This document shows positions 8,086 to 15,847 of a stretch of DNA of 59,842 bases, in pieces. The DNA comes from a virus. Numbering within the stretch: the first letter of the stretch is position 1; each line of letters opens with the position of its first letter. The position numbers were made by a program, and so were the translations under genes. Location of the stretch: positions 1 to 59,842 of IMG/VR virus record IMGVR_UViG_3300049020_000015; one strand, 5' to 3'. Under the pieces are notes generated by a model. The model searched no databases. It was given only the letters and a program-made list of their open reading frames with translations, and was not told where the DNA came from.

Positions 8086-8376
8086 ATGATCACCCTCGAA
8101 TTCCAACTACACATCGACCCGTCACTCTACGGGTTCAAGTTCAAAGATGCCAACTATGCAACTGTAAAGTATGGCACCGAGAAAGTGGGCGATAACATCA
8201 TCGTTGCAGTCTCAGGCATCGAGTTAGGCCCGACGTTGTTAATCGCGATCACCGACCGGGAGAGACTAATAAGAGAGGCAGAGGCGGCAGCGAGAAATAA
8301 CGCAGAGGCGTATTGGGAGAACAGGCCAGCAGATGTAATGACAGGAATAATAAGCGGCTTTGCGCCTTATATATAA
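8086..8376 (+). CDS. Hypothetical protein
   Basis: ATG at 8086 after the upstream TAA. Followed by a terminator. Confidence 0.65.
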   Translation: MITLEFQLHIDPSLYGFKFKDANYATVKYGTEKVGDNIIVAVSGIELGPTLLIAITDRERLIREAEAAARNNAEAYWENRPADVMTGIISGFAPYI

Positions 8377-8389
8377 TTATCAGGACGGT

Positions 8390-8410
8390 GGGGCGCCCAT
8401 GGCCCCTTTT
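8390..8410 (+). terminator. Rho-independent terminator
   Basis: GGGGC-gcccatg-GCCCC followed by TTTT. Confidence 0.7.
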
Positions 8411-8574
8411 ATTAAGCTCTTTCAAATTTCTAATACTACAAGGACGTGCGCGTAATGGCGGCTCCCCCTTGTCCGTAGGCTTGACCTACGGGGGATAACT
8501 GGAAGTCTTTGTTTAGTAATGTTATTCCGAAGTACAACAAAGCGGGTTTGCTTCTTTACTGTGACAAAAGGAAG

Positions 8575-8760
8575 ATGATAGCCGGAAATAAACCGGCCCC
8601 TAACGGGAATAGAAGTTCTTTTAAGATACGTATTGATTGTTACAGCCGGTTACGTGACGCTGCCGGATTAAAGTCTGATAAGCGGGGAATAAAGTCATCC
8701 GAAGACAACATCAATACAATTTTATTAATGGCGCTTCATGGTAGCAAGAGTGCTAAGTAA
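8575..8760 (+). CDS. Possible ribbon-helix-helix-like small protein (61 aa)
   Basis: SFKIRIDCYSRLRDAAGL...EDNINTILLMAL fits a strand-helix-helix pattern. It is an isolated ORF in otherwise non-coding DNA and could be spurious. Confidence 0.35.
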   Translation: MIAGNKPAPNGNRSSFKIRIDCYSRLRDAAGLKSDKRGIKSSEDNINTILLMALHGSKSAK

Positions 8761-8930
8761 GGTGGCAACTGAAAACAGCACGATGACGGCGAGAGTAAGC
8801 AGCTACGGTAGCGGAAACCTGGTTCACGTATAAAGGTGACAGATGTTAGCCAATTGGACGATCCGCGCCTTACGCCAACACACTAATAGAGGTACGCCCC
8901 TAAGCCGCTCCGGGTAAGTGAGCGGCAAAC

Positions 8931-9078
8931 GCAAGTGTAGCAGAATTGGTAAACGCAGCGGGCGACATGCCCGGCTAAAAAAAGGCGCGAAAACAGGATG
9001 TGGAAGTCTGACGATAGTGCCATAAAAATGATTGCGCTTCCAACGTGATCATTGAGGGTTCGAATCCCTTCGCTTGCA
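8931..9078 (+). tRNA. Non-canonical (split) tRNA-Gly(UCC)-like element: 5' acceptor and D-arm at 8931-8957, a 74-nt insert, then anticodon arm to 3' end at 9032-9078
   Basis: 3' part: TTGCG-CTTCCAA-CGTGA, TCATT, GAGGG-TTCGAAT-CCCTT, CGCTTGC-A. The 5' strand GCAAGTG (7/7 pairs, one G-U) is followed by TA and GCAGAATTGGTAAACGC. Confidence 0.5.
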
Positions 9079-9096
9079 CGAAAAACATTCTACCCA

Positions 9097-9411
9097 ATGG
9101 AACTTATATTCTGGACGTCAGTTGGACTGTCCATTGTAGCAGTGATCAGCGTAGTGATACTAATTATTAAATTCTATAACCCTAACCCTTTACGTATGAT
9201 ACCTGGAATACTCGCCTTTGTTTTTTTCGCGCTGTTTGTGATTCTGATTCGCATTGTCCGTAACATTTTCCGGCCCGAGAGGAGAGAGGCGCGGCGTATA
9301 AAAAGGGCGCAAGGCAGAGCAAAGATTATCGACGTAAAAGATATATCAGGCTATGAATATGATCACTCATTCAGTGAACAGCCGTATAACCCTTATGAAT
9401 TGTATAACTGA
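9097..9411 (+). CDS. Membrane protein (2 TM) with charged C-terminal tail
   Basis: ATG at 9097 (MELIFWTSVGLSIVAVISVVILII...GILAFVFFALFVILI...RRIKRAQGR). The track start at 9052 would lie inside the tRNA-like T-arm. Confidence 0.65.
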   Translation: MELIFWTSVGLSIVAVISVVILIIKFYNPNPLRMIPGILAFVFFALFVILIRIVRNIFRPERREARRIKRAQGRAKIIDVKDISGYEYDHSFSEQPYNPYELYN

Positions 9412-9515
9412 TGACGGCCATCGCTGAGATAATTGAGACGTTGAAGTGGTTATTGCTGGCGGCTTATGGCTCGGTTAAGATCTGGAAGTATTGTATTAGG
9501 AGTAAACGATATTAA
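9411..9515 (+). CDS. Small hydrophobic peptide (34 aa)
   Basis: TGATG overlap with the upstream gene. Hand translation gives MTAIAEIIETLKWLLLAAYGSVKIWKYCIRSKRY*. Confidence 0.35.
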   Translation: MTAIAEIIETLKWLLLAAYGSVKIWKYCIRSKRY

Positions 9516-9548
9516 GATACGCTACAAATCAGACCTATACCAAGGACT

Positions 9549-9575
9549 CCGGCCTTATTCTTAGGGCTGGATTTT
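9549..9575 (+). terminator. Rho-independent terminator
   Basis: CCGGCCTTA-ttct-TAGGGCTGG stem (with G-U pairs) followed by ATTTT. Confidence 0.6.
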
Positions 9576-9589
9576 AAAAAGATTAAACG

Positions 9590-9865
9590 CTCTTTTCATA
9601 ATTAAAGGAGTACGATCAATAACCAGGCTGGTATCGACCCAGCCGGTTTCTTAAACTCTTCCGGGCATACGCTCGTGGTCTCGGTGCCGACCTATCAAAA
9701 ACAGCACACGGGTTGCTCACGTACGGGCGCAACCGGTCGGTGAATAATATTGGCAGCCGGTAGTTCAAAGTCGGTTTGTGTGGATCGGGGTGTTTAGTCT
9801 TACTCGCCCCAACTCCCTACGGATTTTTCATGGATTACCTCCCGTCGATCGGGCGGGAGGGTTTT
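9590..9865 (+). ncRNA. Candidate structured non-coding transcript or leader upstream of the YopX genes
   Basis: No ORF of 60 aa or more. Nested GC stems at 9626-9631/9639-9644, 9687-9692/9735-9740 and 9711-9716/9729-9734. Ends in a strong terminator at 9838-9865. Confidence 0.35.
9838..9865 (+). terminator. Rho-independent terminator
   Basis: CCTCCCG-tcgatcggg-CGGGAGG followed by GTTTT. Confidence 0.7.
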
Positions 9866-9887
9866 AAGACAACTTACAAATAAGTAT

Positions 9888-10370
9888 ATGGGCAGAGAAA
9901 TATTATTCAGAGGTCAGTCAGTTAAAACGGGCAAGTGGGTATGGGGTAGCCTTATTCAAAACGGGGAATATGATTACGCAATCTATGACTGCAACGAGCA
10001 CTCAGATTATAATGGTGAAGAAGTAGTCGAAGAGACAGTTGGTCAGTACACAAATATGAATGATAAAAAGGGTCATCGGATTTTTGAAGGTGACATTGTG
10101 AAGTTCCATTATTTTTTTCAATCACTGGGCGAAGGGCTAGGAGTACAAGAGTCGGAACATGAACTTATTGGTAAGGTTACGTGGGGTAGTTACGGCTGGG
10201 GAATAGACGCAGTAAAAGGGGAACATTGGCAGGGATATACCGGATATGATGCCGGGGAAGGCGATACATCTTTTATGGAATTACATGAGTTAAACCCAGG
10301 CTCACCACATGAGGAAAGCTTTGATGTCATCGGTAACATTCATCAAAATAAAGAACTATTAACCCCCTAA
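9888..10370 (+). CDS. YopX family protein
   Basis: ILFRGQ...GKWVWGSL ... IFEGDIV ... VIGNIHQNKELLT are hallmark YopX motifs. Confidence 0.8.
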   Translation: MGREILFRGQSVKTGKWVWGSLIQNGEYDYAIYDCNEHSDYNGEEVVEETVGQYTNMNDKKGHRIFEGDIVKFHYFFQSLGEGLGVQESEHELIGKVTWGSYGWGIDAVKGEHWQGYTGYDAGEGDTSFMELHELNPGSPHEESFDVIGNIHQNKELLTP

Positions 10371-10372
10371 CC

Positions 10373-10795
10373 ATGCAATACATCTTCCGCGGTCTAACCG
10401 CTGACAACAAATGGGTATACGGCAGCTTAATACAACGTACTGATGGCATCGGCAAACTGTCACTGATCGAGGTGCAGGATAAGGACGGCGAGATAACAGT
10501 GTGGCAGGTGAAGGATGATAGTGTGGGGATGTGGACGACAAAGACTGATAAAAATGGGAAAAGGATTTTCGAGGGAGACATTGTGCAATTCGTGTCTACA
10601 GAGTCGTATGAATATGATGCCGATTATGATTATGAAAAGTTGGGCAATACACCGGTGAAATCAGCCATGGCATGGAATGACGACGCTTGTGGATTTAGAG
10701 CCTTAGCACAATCAAGGTTCAAGGTTACAATTAACATGTTAGAAGTGGTTGGCACAATTTACGAGAACCCCGAACTCTTAACCCCCGCTAAATAA
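10373..10795 (+). CDS. YopX family protein (tandem paralogue)
   Basis: IFRGL...NKWVYGSL ... IFEGDIV ... VVGTIYENPELLT. Confidence 0.8.
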   Translation: MQYIFRGLTADNKWVYGSLIQRTDGIGKLSLIEVQDKDGEITVWQVKDDSVGMWTTKTDKNGKRIFEGDIVQFVSTESYEYDADYDYEKLGNTPVKSAMAWNDDACGFRALAQSRFKVTINMLEVVGTIYENPELLTPAK

Positions 10796-10796
10796 T

Positions 10797-11207
10797 ATGA
10801 AAAAGCAAATAACTGTAAGAGAACATTCTGCAAAGACTATTGAAGTTGAAATTCCTAGCTATTACAACTTTCATGGCAAGTATACAGCAATAACTGATCA
10901 TGCTGTAATTAATGTATGGTCTGGGCTGCACATGATTTCTTTCATTTTGGCAAGTAATGTAGAGCGATATAATCAAGCAATTGACGATGTATTCGGATTA
11001 TTTACTATCGAGCCATGCACCAAAGAAGAATTTGACACCGCATTCAACAACACTATTAAATGCCTGACTGAGCAATATCAGTTATCGATGAATATGTTAG
11101 ACCCAAAAGAGCAAACAGCAGCAGAAGGCCAGGAGCAAGCAGTTGAATCAGCAGCGCAGGACACTGCTATGGAAGTAACAGAAAGCGCCGAAGCAACTGA
11201 AGAATAG
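10797..11207 (+). CDS. Hypothetical protein with acidic C-terminus
   Basis: 136-aa ORF followed by a terminator. Confidence 0.7.
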   Translation: MKKQITVREHSAKTIEVEIPSYYNFHGKYTAITDHAVINVWSGLHMISFILASNVERYNQAIDDVFGLFTIEPCTKEEFDTAFNNTIKCLTEQYQLSMNMLDPKEQTAAEGQEQAVESAAQDTAMEVTESAEATEE

Positions 11208-11223
11208 TTAAAGTGGGAGGTGC

Positions 11224-11249
11224 GGAGCCCTCAGACGGGGGCTCCTTTT
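11224..11249 (+). terminator. Rho-independent terminator
   Basis: GGAGCCC-tcagacgg-GGGCTCC followed by TTTT. Confidence 0.75.
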
Positions 11250-11296
11250 AAAAACACAATCATTACATAATCGGATTAAAGTTAAATCATTTTTTT

Positions 11297-12064
11297 ATGA
11301 CAGGACGTATACAGAGCAGAAAATCAGAATCTGCCGCTAGTACGCTGCCGGAGATCGGCAAGGTAAAAATAGGGGAGAAAGCCCCCAACGGTAATTACCC
11401 TCGCTCGTTAGACTACTTTAAACCTACTGGCAACTTCGCTAATGAGTTTACCATGAAGTACGGTGATAAGCCAACAAAGCTCTCAGTATGCTTTATCAGC
11501 GATGACCTCAACGAGGTCTGTAATGAACGTTTTGAAAGCTGGGTTAAAGGTAAACGTTGGGGTTGGGGCGACGGATCTACGTTCTCCGTATGGGATGCAA
11601 CAGCGCTTGAAGGCAAGGGAACATATGTGCATGGCTTACCCGCTGCCGACCCGCGTGTTAAAGCCCTCAAATGGGATGTGATGCTTACCCTTCGTTTCGT
11701 GTTGTTGGAACTTAAAGGCATAATGGGTTATTGGAGATTCGAAACAAAAGCAAAAGCAACTACCATTCCATCGATAGTAAAGGCATTCGACTTTGTAAAA
11801 GAACGCGCCAATACAATTATCGGCTTCCCTTTCAACCTTACGATAGAACGCAAAACGGGTTATAGCCCAGGCGAGGCTAAGAATTACCCAGTAGTTAGCC
11901 TGGTGCCGAATTTCTCTCAGGACGCTATTGAAATGGTTAGCGAGTATGTTGCAGCTGGTGGTAATGTGCATAAGATTACTACGGCCATGATCGAACAAAA
12001 GAAAGTGTTAGCTGATGCAGATAAAAAATTATTAACCGATTCAACACAGGGAGGTGCGCAATGA
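11297..12064 (+). CDS. Hypothetical protein, translationally coupled to the downstream nuclease (candidate ssDNA-annealing/binding partner; inference only)
   Basis: 255-aa ORF with ATGA overlap to 12061. No motif recognised. Confidence 0.6.
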   Translation: MTGRIQSRKSESAASTLPEIGKVKIGEKAPNGNYPRSLDYFKPTGNFANEFTMKYGDKPTKLSVCFISDDLNEVCNERFESWVKGKRWGWGDGSTFSVWDATALEGKGTYVHGLPAADPRVKALKWDVMLTLRFVLLELKGIMGYWRFETKAKATTIPSIVKAFDFVKERANTIIGFPFNLTIERKTGYSPGEAKNYPVVSLVPNFSQDAIEMVSEYVAAGGNVHKITTAMIEQKKVLADADKKLLTDSTQGGAQ

Positions 12065-13104
12065 AATTCGAATTAGTCCCTACTGAATGGTTTGACCCCA
12101 ATGCAATACGATTGCCATCTTATAAAGTAGGACGGGTGAACTACGGTAATGGCCGGTCATACATCCGTCTAAACGAAGACGGTTCACTTGAACAGCCGTT
12201 CCGACTATACACCTCACTCACTACCGCCATTAACTCATGTGCGCCAATGGAACGGCCATTACTTGAATGGTACTGCAAGTGGGGGTTAGCTGAAGCTGAG
12301 CGGCTTGTTAAACTCAGCCAGCATTACGGCACATTGATGCACCAAGAGATCGGGTTCTATCTCACAATGAACTATTACGACTTTGATACCATTCAGGAAA
12401 GAGTATCCGGGTATTTGTCAGCACACAACTACTGGCAGCCTGAAACCGATAAATGGGCTGATGATCTGAAATACGATATAACAGCTTTCATAGCCTTCGC
12501 ACAAGAACACGAAGTAGTGCCGATGGGTATTGAGTATGTGTTGCTATCTGAAAAGGGATTCGGCACTCTTATCGACCTGGTATGCAAAATGAAGATCAAA
12601 GAAAAAGGCTTTCACGGCGAAGTATATAAGACCGGCGATAATAAAGGCCAGCCAAAGGAAACCTTCAAGGTTGTCGAAAAGACTGCCATTATCAACTTTA
12701 AATCAGGCAAGCATGGGTTCTACCGCTCGAATGGCATTCAGATCGAATGTGAGCGCCAATTGTGGGAGGAAAACTTCCCTGATGTAAAGATAGATGCAGC
12801 CATGAATTGGGCGCCTAAAGAGTGGCGTATCGCTCCTGATTGGTCTCTGAAAGATTGGACGGGCGATATTGAGCAGGCCGAAGTTGATGCTATGCTTGCG
12901 TTAGCTGAAATCCGTTACGCATCCAAGGCTATCAATAAAAAGTACATGCGTATAGAAGGGCAGGCATTCAGCACCCGGCCCGTAACCGACTGCATCGTCA
13001 ACCAGACTGCAGAGGAGTACTGCTATGGAAAGTACAGTGATCTTATGGCGCCGGTAGTAGTTGCCCATCACGACCCTGAAGTTAACGCCACAATTGTTGA
13101 GTGA
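12061..13104 (+). CDS. PD-(D/E)XK-type nuclease-like protein (putative recombination exonuclease)
   Basis: GTLMHQEIG ... GIEYVLLSEKGFGTLIDLVCKMK resembles the D...E-x-K nuclease core. Confidence 0.5.
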   Translation: MKFELVPTEWFDPNAIRLPSYKVGRVNYGNGRSYIRLNEDGSLEQPFRLYTSLTTAINSCAPMERPLLEWYCKWGLAEAERLVKLSQHYGTLMHQEIGFYLTMNYYDFDTIQERVSGYLSAHNYWQPETDKWADDLKYDITAFIAFAQEHEVVPMGIEYVLLSEKGFGTLIDLVCKMKIKEKGFHGEVYKTGDNKGQPKETFKVVEKTAIINFKSGKHGFYRSNGIQIECERQLWEENFPDVKIDAAMNWAPKEWRIAPDWSLKDWTGDIEQAEVDAMLALAEIRYASKAINKKYMRIEGQAFSTRPVTDCIVNQTAEEYCYGKYSDLMAPVVVAHHDPEVNATIVE

Positions 13105-13505
13105 TGGAAGCAACCTTACAGATACGACGAGTTGAAGATTGCATGGAGTGGCTGGAAGCCCAGGCAGAAAGTTATACCGCATCACAATCAATCGCATGGT
13201 TGATTGATCAGATGGGTCTTTTGTGCAAGGCTATGGCATTCGTGAATAATCAAATGGCAGTTGCGAAGAGAGCGTTGAATAAAAAAAAGGTGGAAGCATA
13301 CAACAATCTGGTAACAGGCGAGAATAGCGAGTTTTTCAGCCCGTCTCTTGCAAAAGACTACATAAATGCAAAATTGGATCAAGAGCAATATGAATATGAT
13401 ATGTGTGAAAGGTGCAGCCGAACAGTGTTGCACACAATCGAAGCATTAAGGACCTGTATATCCGCCCTGAAAATTGAGAGTCAAACAACCAATTATTCAC
13501 ATTAA
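13104..13505 (+). CDS. Hypothetical protein
   Basis: ATG at 13104 with TGATG overlap; a GTG lies at 13101. Confidence 0.7.
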   Translation: MEATLQIRRVEDCMEWLEAQAESYTASQSIAWLIDQMGLLCKAMAFVNNQMAVAKRALNKKKVEAYNNLVTGENSEFFSPSLAKDYINAKLDQEQYEYDMCERCSRTVLHTIEALRTCISALKIESQTTNYSH

Positions 13506-13514
13506 AATAATGGA

Positions 13515-14126
13515 ATGGAACATTGGAAACAAATTGAATTTGGGAATGGCAAATATTCTGTTTCAGATTCAGGTAACGTAAAAAACAATATTACAGGCAA
13601 ATTACTAAGCTCTCAAATACAAAACTCTGGGTATCGCTTAGTTCACTTGCACGATAACGGAAAAAGAAAAGCCTCGACAATACATCGCCTTGTTGCATTG
13701 GCTTTCATAGATAACCCTGAATTAAAAACAATGGTGGATCATATTGATTGCAATAAGTTGAATAACCATGTTTCCAATTTAAGGTGGGTTACCGCTTGTG
13801 AAAATGGTAAATACGCTGTAGAGAATGGGCTATTTAAAAACGCTGCATTAAAAGCTAAGGACAGAATGAAGAAGATTGGGCGAGCATTTTCTAAAGCGAA
13901 TGGCGAAAGACTAATTGCAATGAACGCTAAAAAAAGAAAACCAGTGCTTCAGTTATCGTTGAAGGGCGAATTTATTAAAGAGTGGCCATCGGTTAGGGCA
14001 ATACGAAATGCTAATATCGCACATAATGTAGGGAAAGTATTAAAAGGAATATATGAGCAGTCGGGCGGGTATAAGTGGATATTCAAGGAGCCCGACCCAC
14101 ATCAAAAATTAACGATGGATTTATAG
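13515..14126 (+). CDS. HNH homing endonuclease (NUMOD4 + HNH_3 type)
   Basis: WKQIEFGNGKYSVSDSGNVKN (NUMOD4) and VDHIDCNKLNNHVSNLRWVTACEN (HNH). Confidence 0.85.
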   Translation: MEHWKQIEFGNGKYSVSDSGNVKNNITGKLLSSQIQNSGYRLVHLHDNGKRKASTIHRLVALAFIDNPELKTMVDHIDCNKLNNHVSNLRWVTACENGKYAVENGLFKNAALKAKDRMKKIGRAFSKANGERLIAMNAKKRKPVLQLSLKGEFIKEWPSVRAIRNANIAHNVGKVLKGIYEQSGGYKWIFKEPDPHQKLTMDL

Positions 14127-14202
14127 CCATCGTTTTAAGCAACGATATATCGACGATTAACAATATATAAAAAAGGAATTCACAATTACAAAATCAATAA
14201 CA

Positions 14203-14583
14203 ATGTCAACAGTAACCAAAGACACTAGCATCCTTAACCTGGCTACGAAAAAGCAGACAGAGGTAATTCGCCACACATTCAGCGAGGAAGAAATTAATGC
14301 AATGAACGGAACCATTTCCTCTAACCTTCGCAAGAGCTATGACCTTCAAAGTGCGCTGGATGAAATAAAAGAAGAGTATAAAGGCAAAATGAAGCCACTC
14401 GAAAAAGAGAACAGGGTTCTTCTAAAACAAACCAAAGATGGGTTTGTAGATCGCGATCAGGAGGTGTATTTAATTCCTGACTATGACAACCGGATCATGG
14501 AGCTGTACGACGAGAACGGAATAAAGGTGGGTGACCGTAAGATGTTAATGCAAGAGCTGCAAGGCCATCTTGATTTAAAATAA
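14203..14583 (+). CDS. Hypothetical protein
   Basis: 126-aa ORF. Confidence 0.7.
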   Translation: MSTVTKDTSILNLATKKQTEVIRHTFSEEEINAMNGTISSNLRKSYDLQSALDEIKEEYKGKMKPLEKENRVLLKQTKDGFVDRDQEVYLIPDYDNRIMELYDENGIKVGDRKMLMQELQGHLDLK

Positions 14584-14607
14584 TTATTCACCCATCAAAA
14601 TAAAAAA

Positions 14608-15309
14608 ATGGATCACAATTTCACAATTACGCCGTCTGGCGATACAATGGTTATCCGTACCGGCGAGGCTGAAAAGATTTACCCTCCACGGAAAGTAAAT
14701 ATTAGCGGCAATATTCAGGCGCCAAGTGAGTATTTTAATAAACGTGCTCCACAAATTGCCGACAAGCTACATCTTACTCATGTTGTGGTGGATATTGAAA
14801 ATCTAACGATTAACCTTGTTATCAACGAAACAAATGAATTTGCCGAATTCGTTTCAGGCAAGCTTGAACACTTTAAGGAGTTCGTTGATTTCGGTATTAA
14901 CCGCCAGAAGAAATATGGCATTCAGGAGCTATATAAGATGCTGAAGCTGAAACGTGCATACTTCCAACGGCGCGAAGATCACGCAATAATACTCGAACAG
15001 CTTCGGAAGTTTGAAGCCAAAACCGAGGTTGAGTTTCAGAGCATGAATGACTTCAAAGGCGCTACGGCCATGAAGAAAATCGAAACGTGTAAGACCAATC
15101 TCACTTACAACTTCGTTCTGAACATCCCAATCTTTAAAGGATTCGAAGCTGCTACGTTCCCAGTAGAGATCGAGTTTGAGCCGCATGACGGCGGCATTAT
15201 TTGCTGGCTTGTTTCACAAGACCTGGCAGAGCTTGAAATCAAAAACCGTGACGAAATCATGGCTAAAGAAATCGAGCAGTTCAAAAGTGTTGTAGTTGTC
15301 AAGAAATAA
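14608..15309 (+). CDS. Hypothetical protein
   Basis: 233-aa ORF. Confidence 0.75.
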   Translation: MDHNFTITPSGDTMVIRTGEAEKIYPPRKVNISGNIQAPSEYFNKRAPQIADKLHLTHVVVDIENLTINLVINETNEFAEFVSGKLEHFKEFVDFGINRQKKYGIQELYKMLKLKRAYFQRREDHAIILEQLRKFEAKTEVEFQSMNDFKGATAMKKIETCKTNLTYNFVLNIPIFKGFEAATFPVEIEFEPHDGGIICWLVSQDLAELEIKNRDEIMAKEIEQFKSVVVVKK

Positions 15310-15344
15310 TGATGTAGTGACCCAACCCCCGAAAATTGTGAAGT

Positions 15345-15761
15345 ATGAATGTACACCATCCAAAAGTTAAAAAGATTCTTAGGCAATGTGAGCGCAGAAT
15401 AATGAAGCTAACAGGCAGAAGCCCAATAAGCATCTTCATACTAAACTCATACCCGGCAACTATCCCTTATGAGGACATCGAAAGAATTGTGTGCGAAGTG
15501 ACCGGCATAAGCCCTGAACTTGCAAAGTTGAAATCCCGTAGAACGGAATACAAAGTGACGCGACAACTGCTTTGTTTTTACGCCAGAGCGCATACGTCAA
15601 TGTGCTACAGATTAATTGGCGAGAAGGTTAATCTTACTGATCACGCTACGGTAATGCACGGAATCAAAAGAATAAAAGGGCTTATCGAATCTGATGATAT
15701 AGAGATAAGCCGGTATGCAAAAGAAATAAACATCAGGATCGCGCAGCTAAAGGCTGGGTAA
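15345..15761 (+). CDS. DnaA C-terminal (domain IV)-like HTH protein
   Basis: SRRTEYKVTRQLLCFYARAHTSMCYRLIGEKVNLTDHATVMHGIKRIKGLI parallels DnaA domain IV (R..aRqiamyl...IG...DHsTV.h). Confidence 0.7.
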   Translation: MNVHHPKVKKILRQCERRIMKLTGRSPISIFILNSYPATIPYEDIERIVCEVTGISPELAKLKSRRTEYKVTRQLLCFYARAHTSMCYRLIGEKVNLTDHATVMHGIKRIKGLIESDDIEISRYAKEINIRIAQLKAG

Positions 15762-15847
15762 TAAAAATATTTACCCCGTTTTGATTTTGGTAATAATAGA
15801 GGGGTATAGATTTCCACTTTTAATCCGTGCCCCTAAATCCGAATCAT

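Noticed and set aside
8313-8498. 61-aa ORF spanning the terminator region
   Set aside because: It overlaps the end of 8086-8376 and runs through the terminator hairpin, and its composition is Arg/Gly-rich and GC-hairpin derived. Spurious.
8958-9031. Group I intron within the tRNA-like gene
   Set aside because: At 74 nt it is far too short. It is not in the anticodon loop, and no P4-P6/P7 core-like sequences were recognisable. It is kept only as an 'unexplained insert'.
8931-9078. tmRNA interpretation of the tRNA-like element and its long upstream RNA
   Set aside because: The acceptor stem has A3-U70 rather than the G3-U70 alanine identity pair. A normal anticodon arm (UCC) is present. No tag-ORF/resume-codon arrangement was seen.
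9052-9096. Upstream extension of the 9097-9411 membrane protein ORF
   Set aside because: The first 15 codons would be encoded by the T-arm and acceptor of the tRNA-like element. The ATG at 9097 starts directly at the hydrophobic segment.
9830-9883. 17-codon mini-ORF (MDYLPSIGREGFKTTYK) as a leader peptide
   Set aside because: It is made mostly of the terminator hairpin sequence, with no supporting features.
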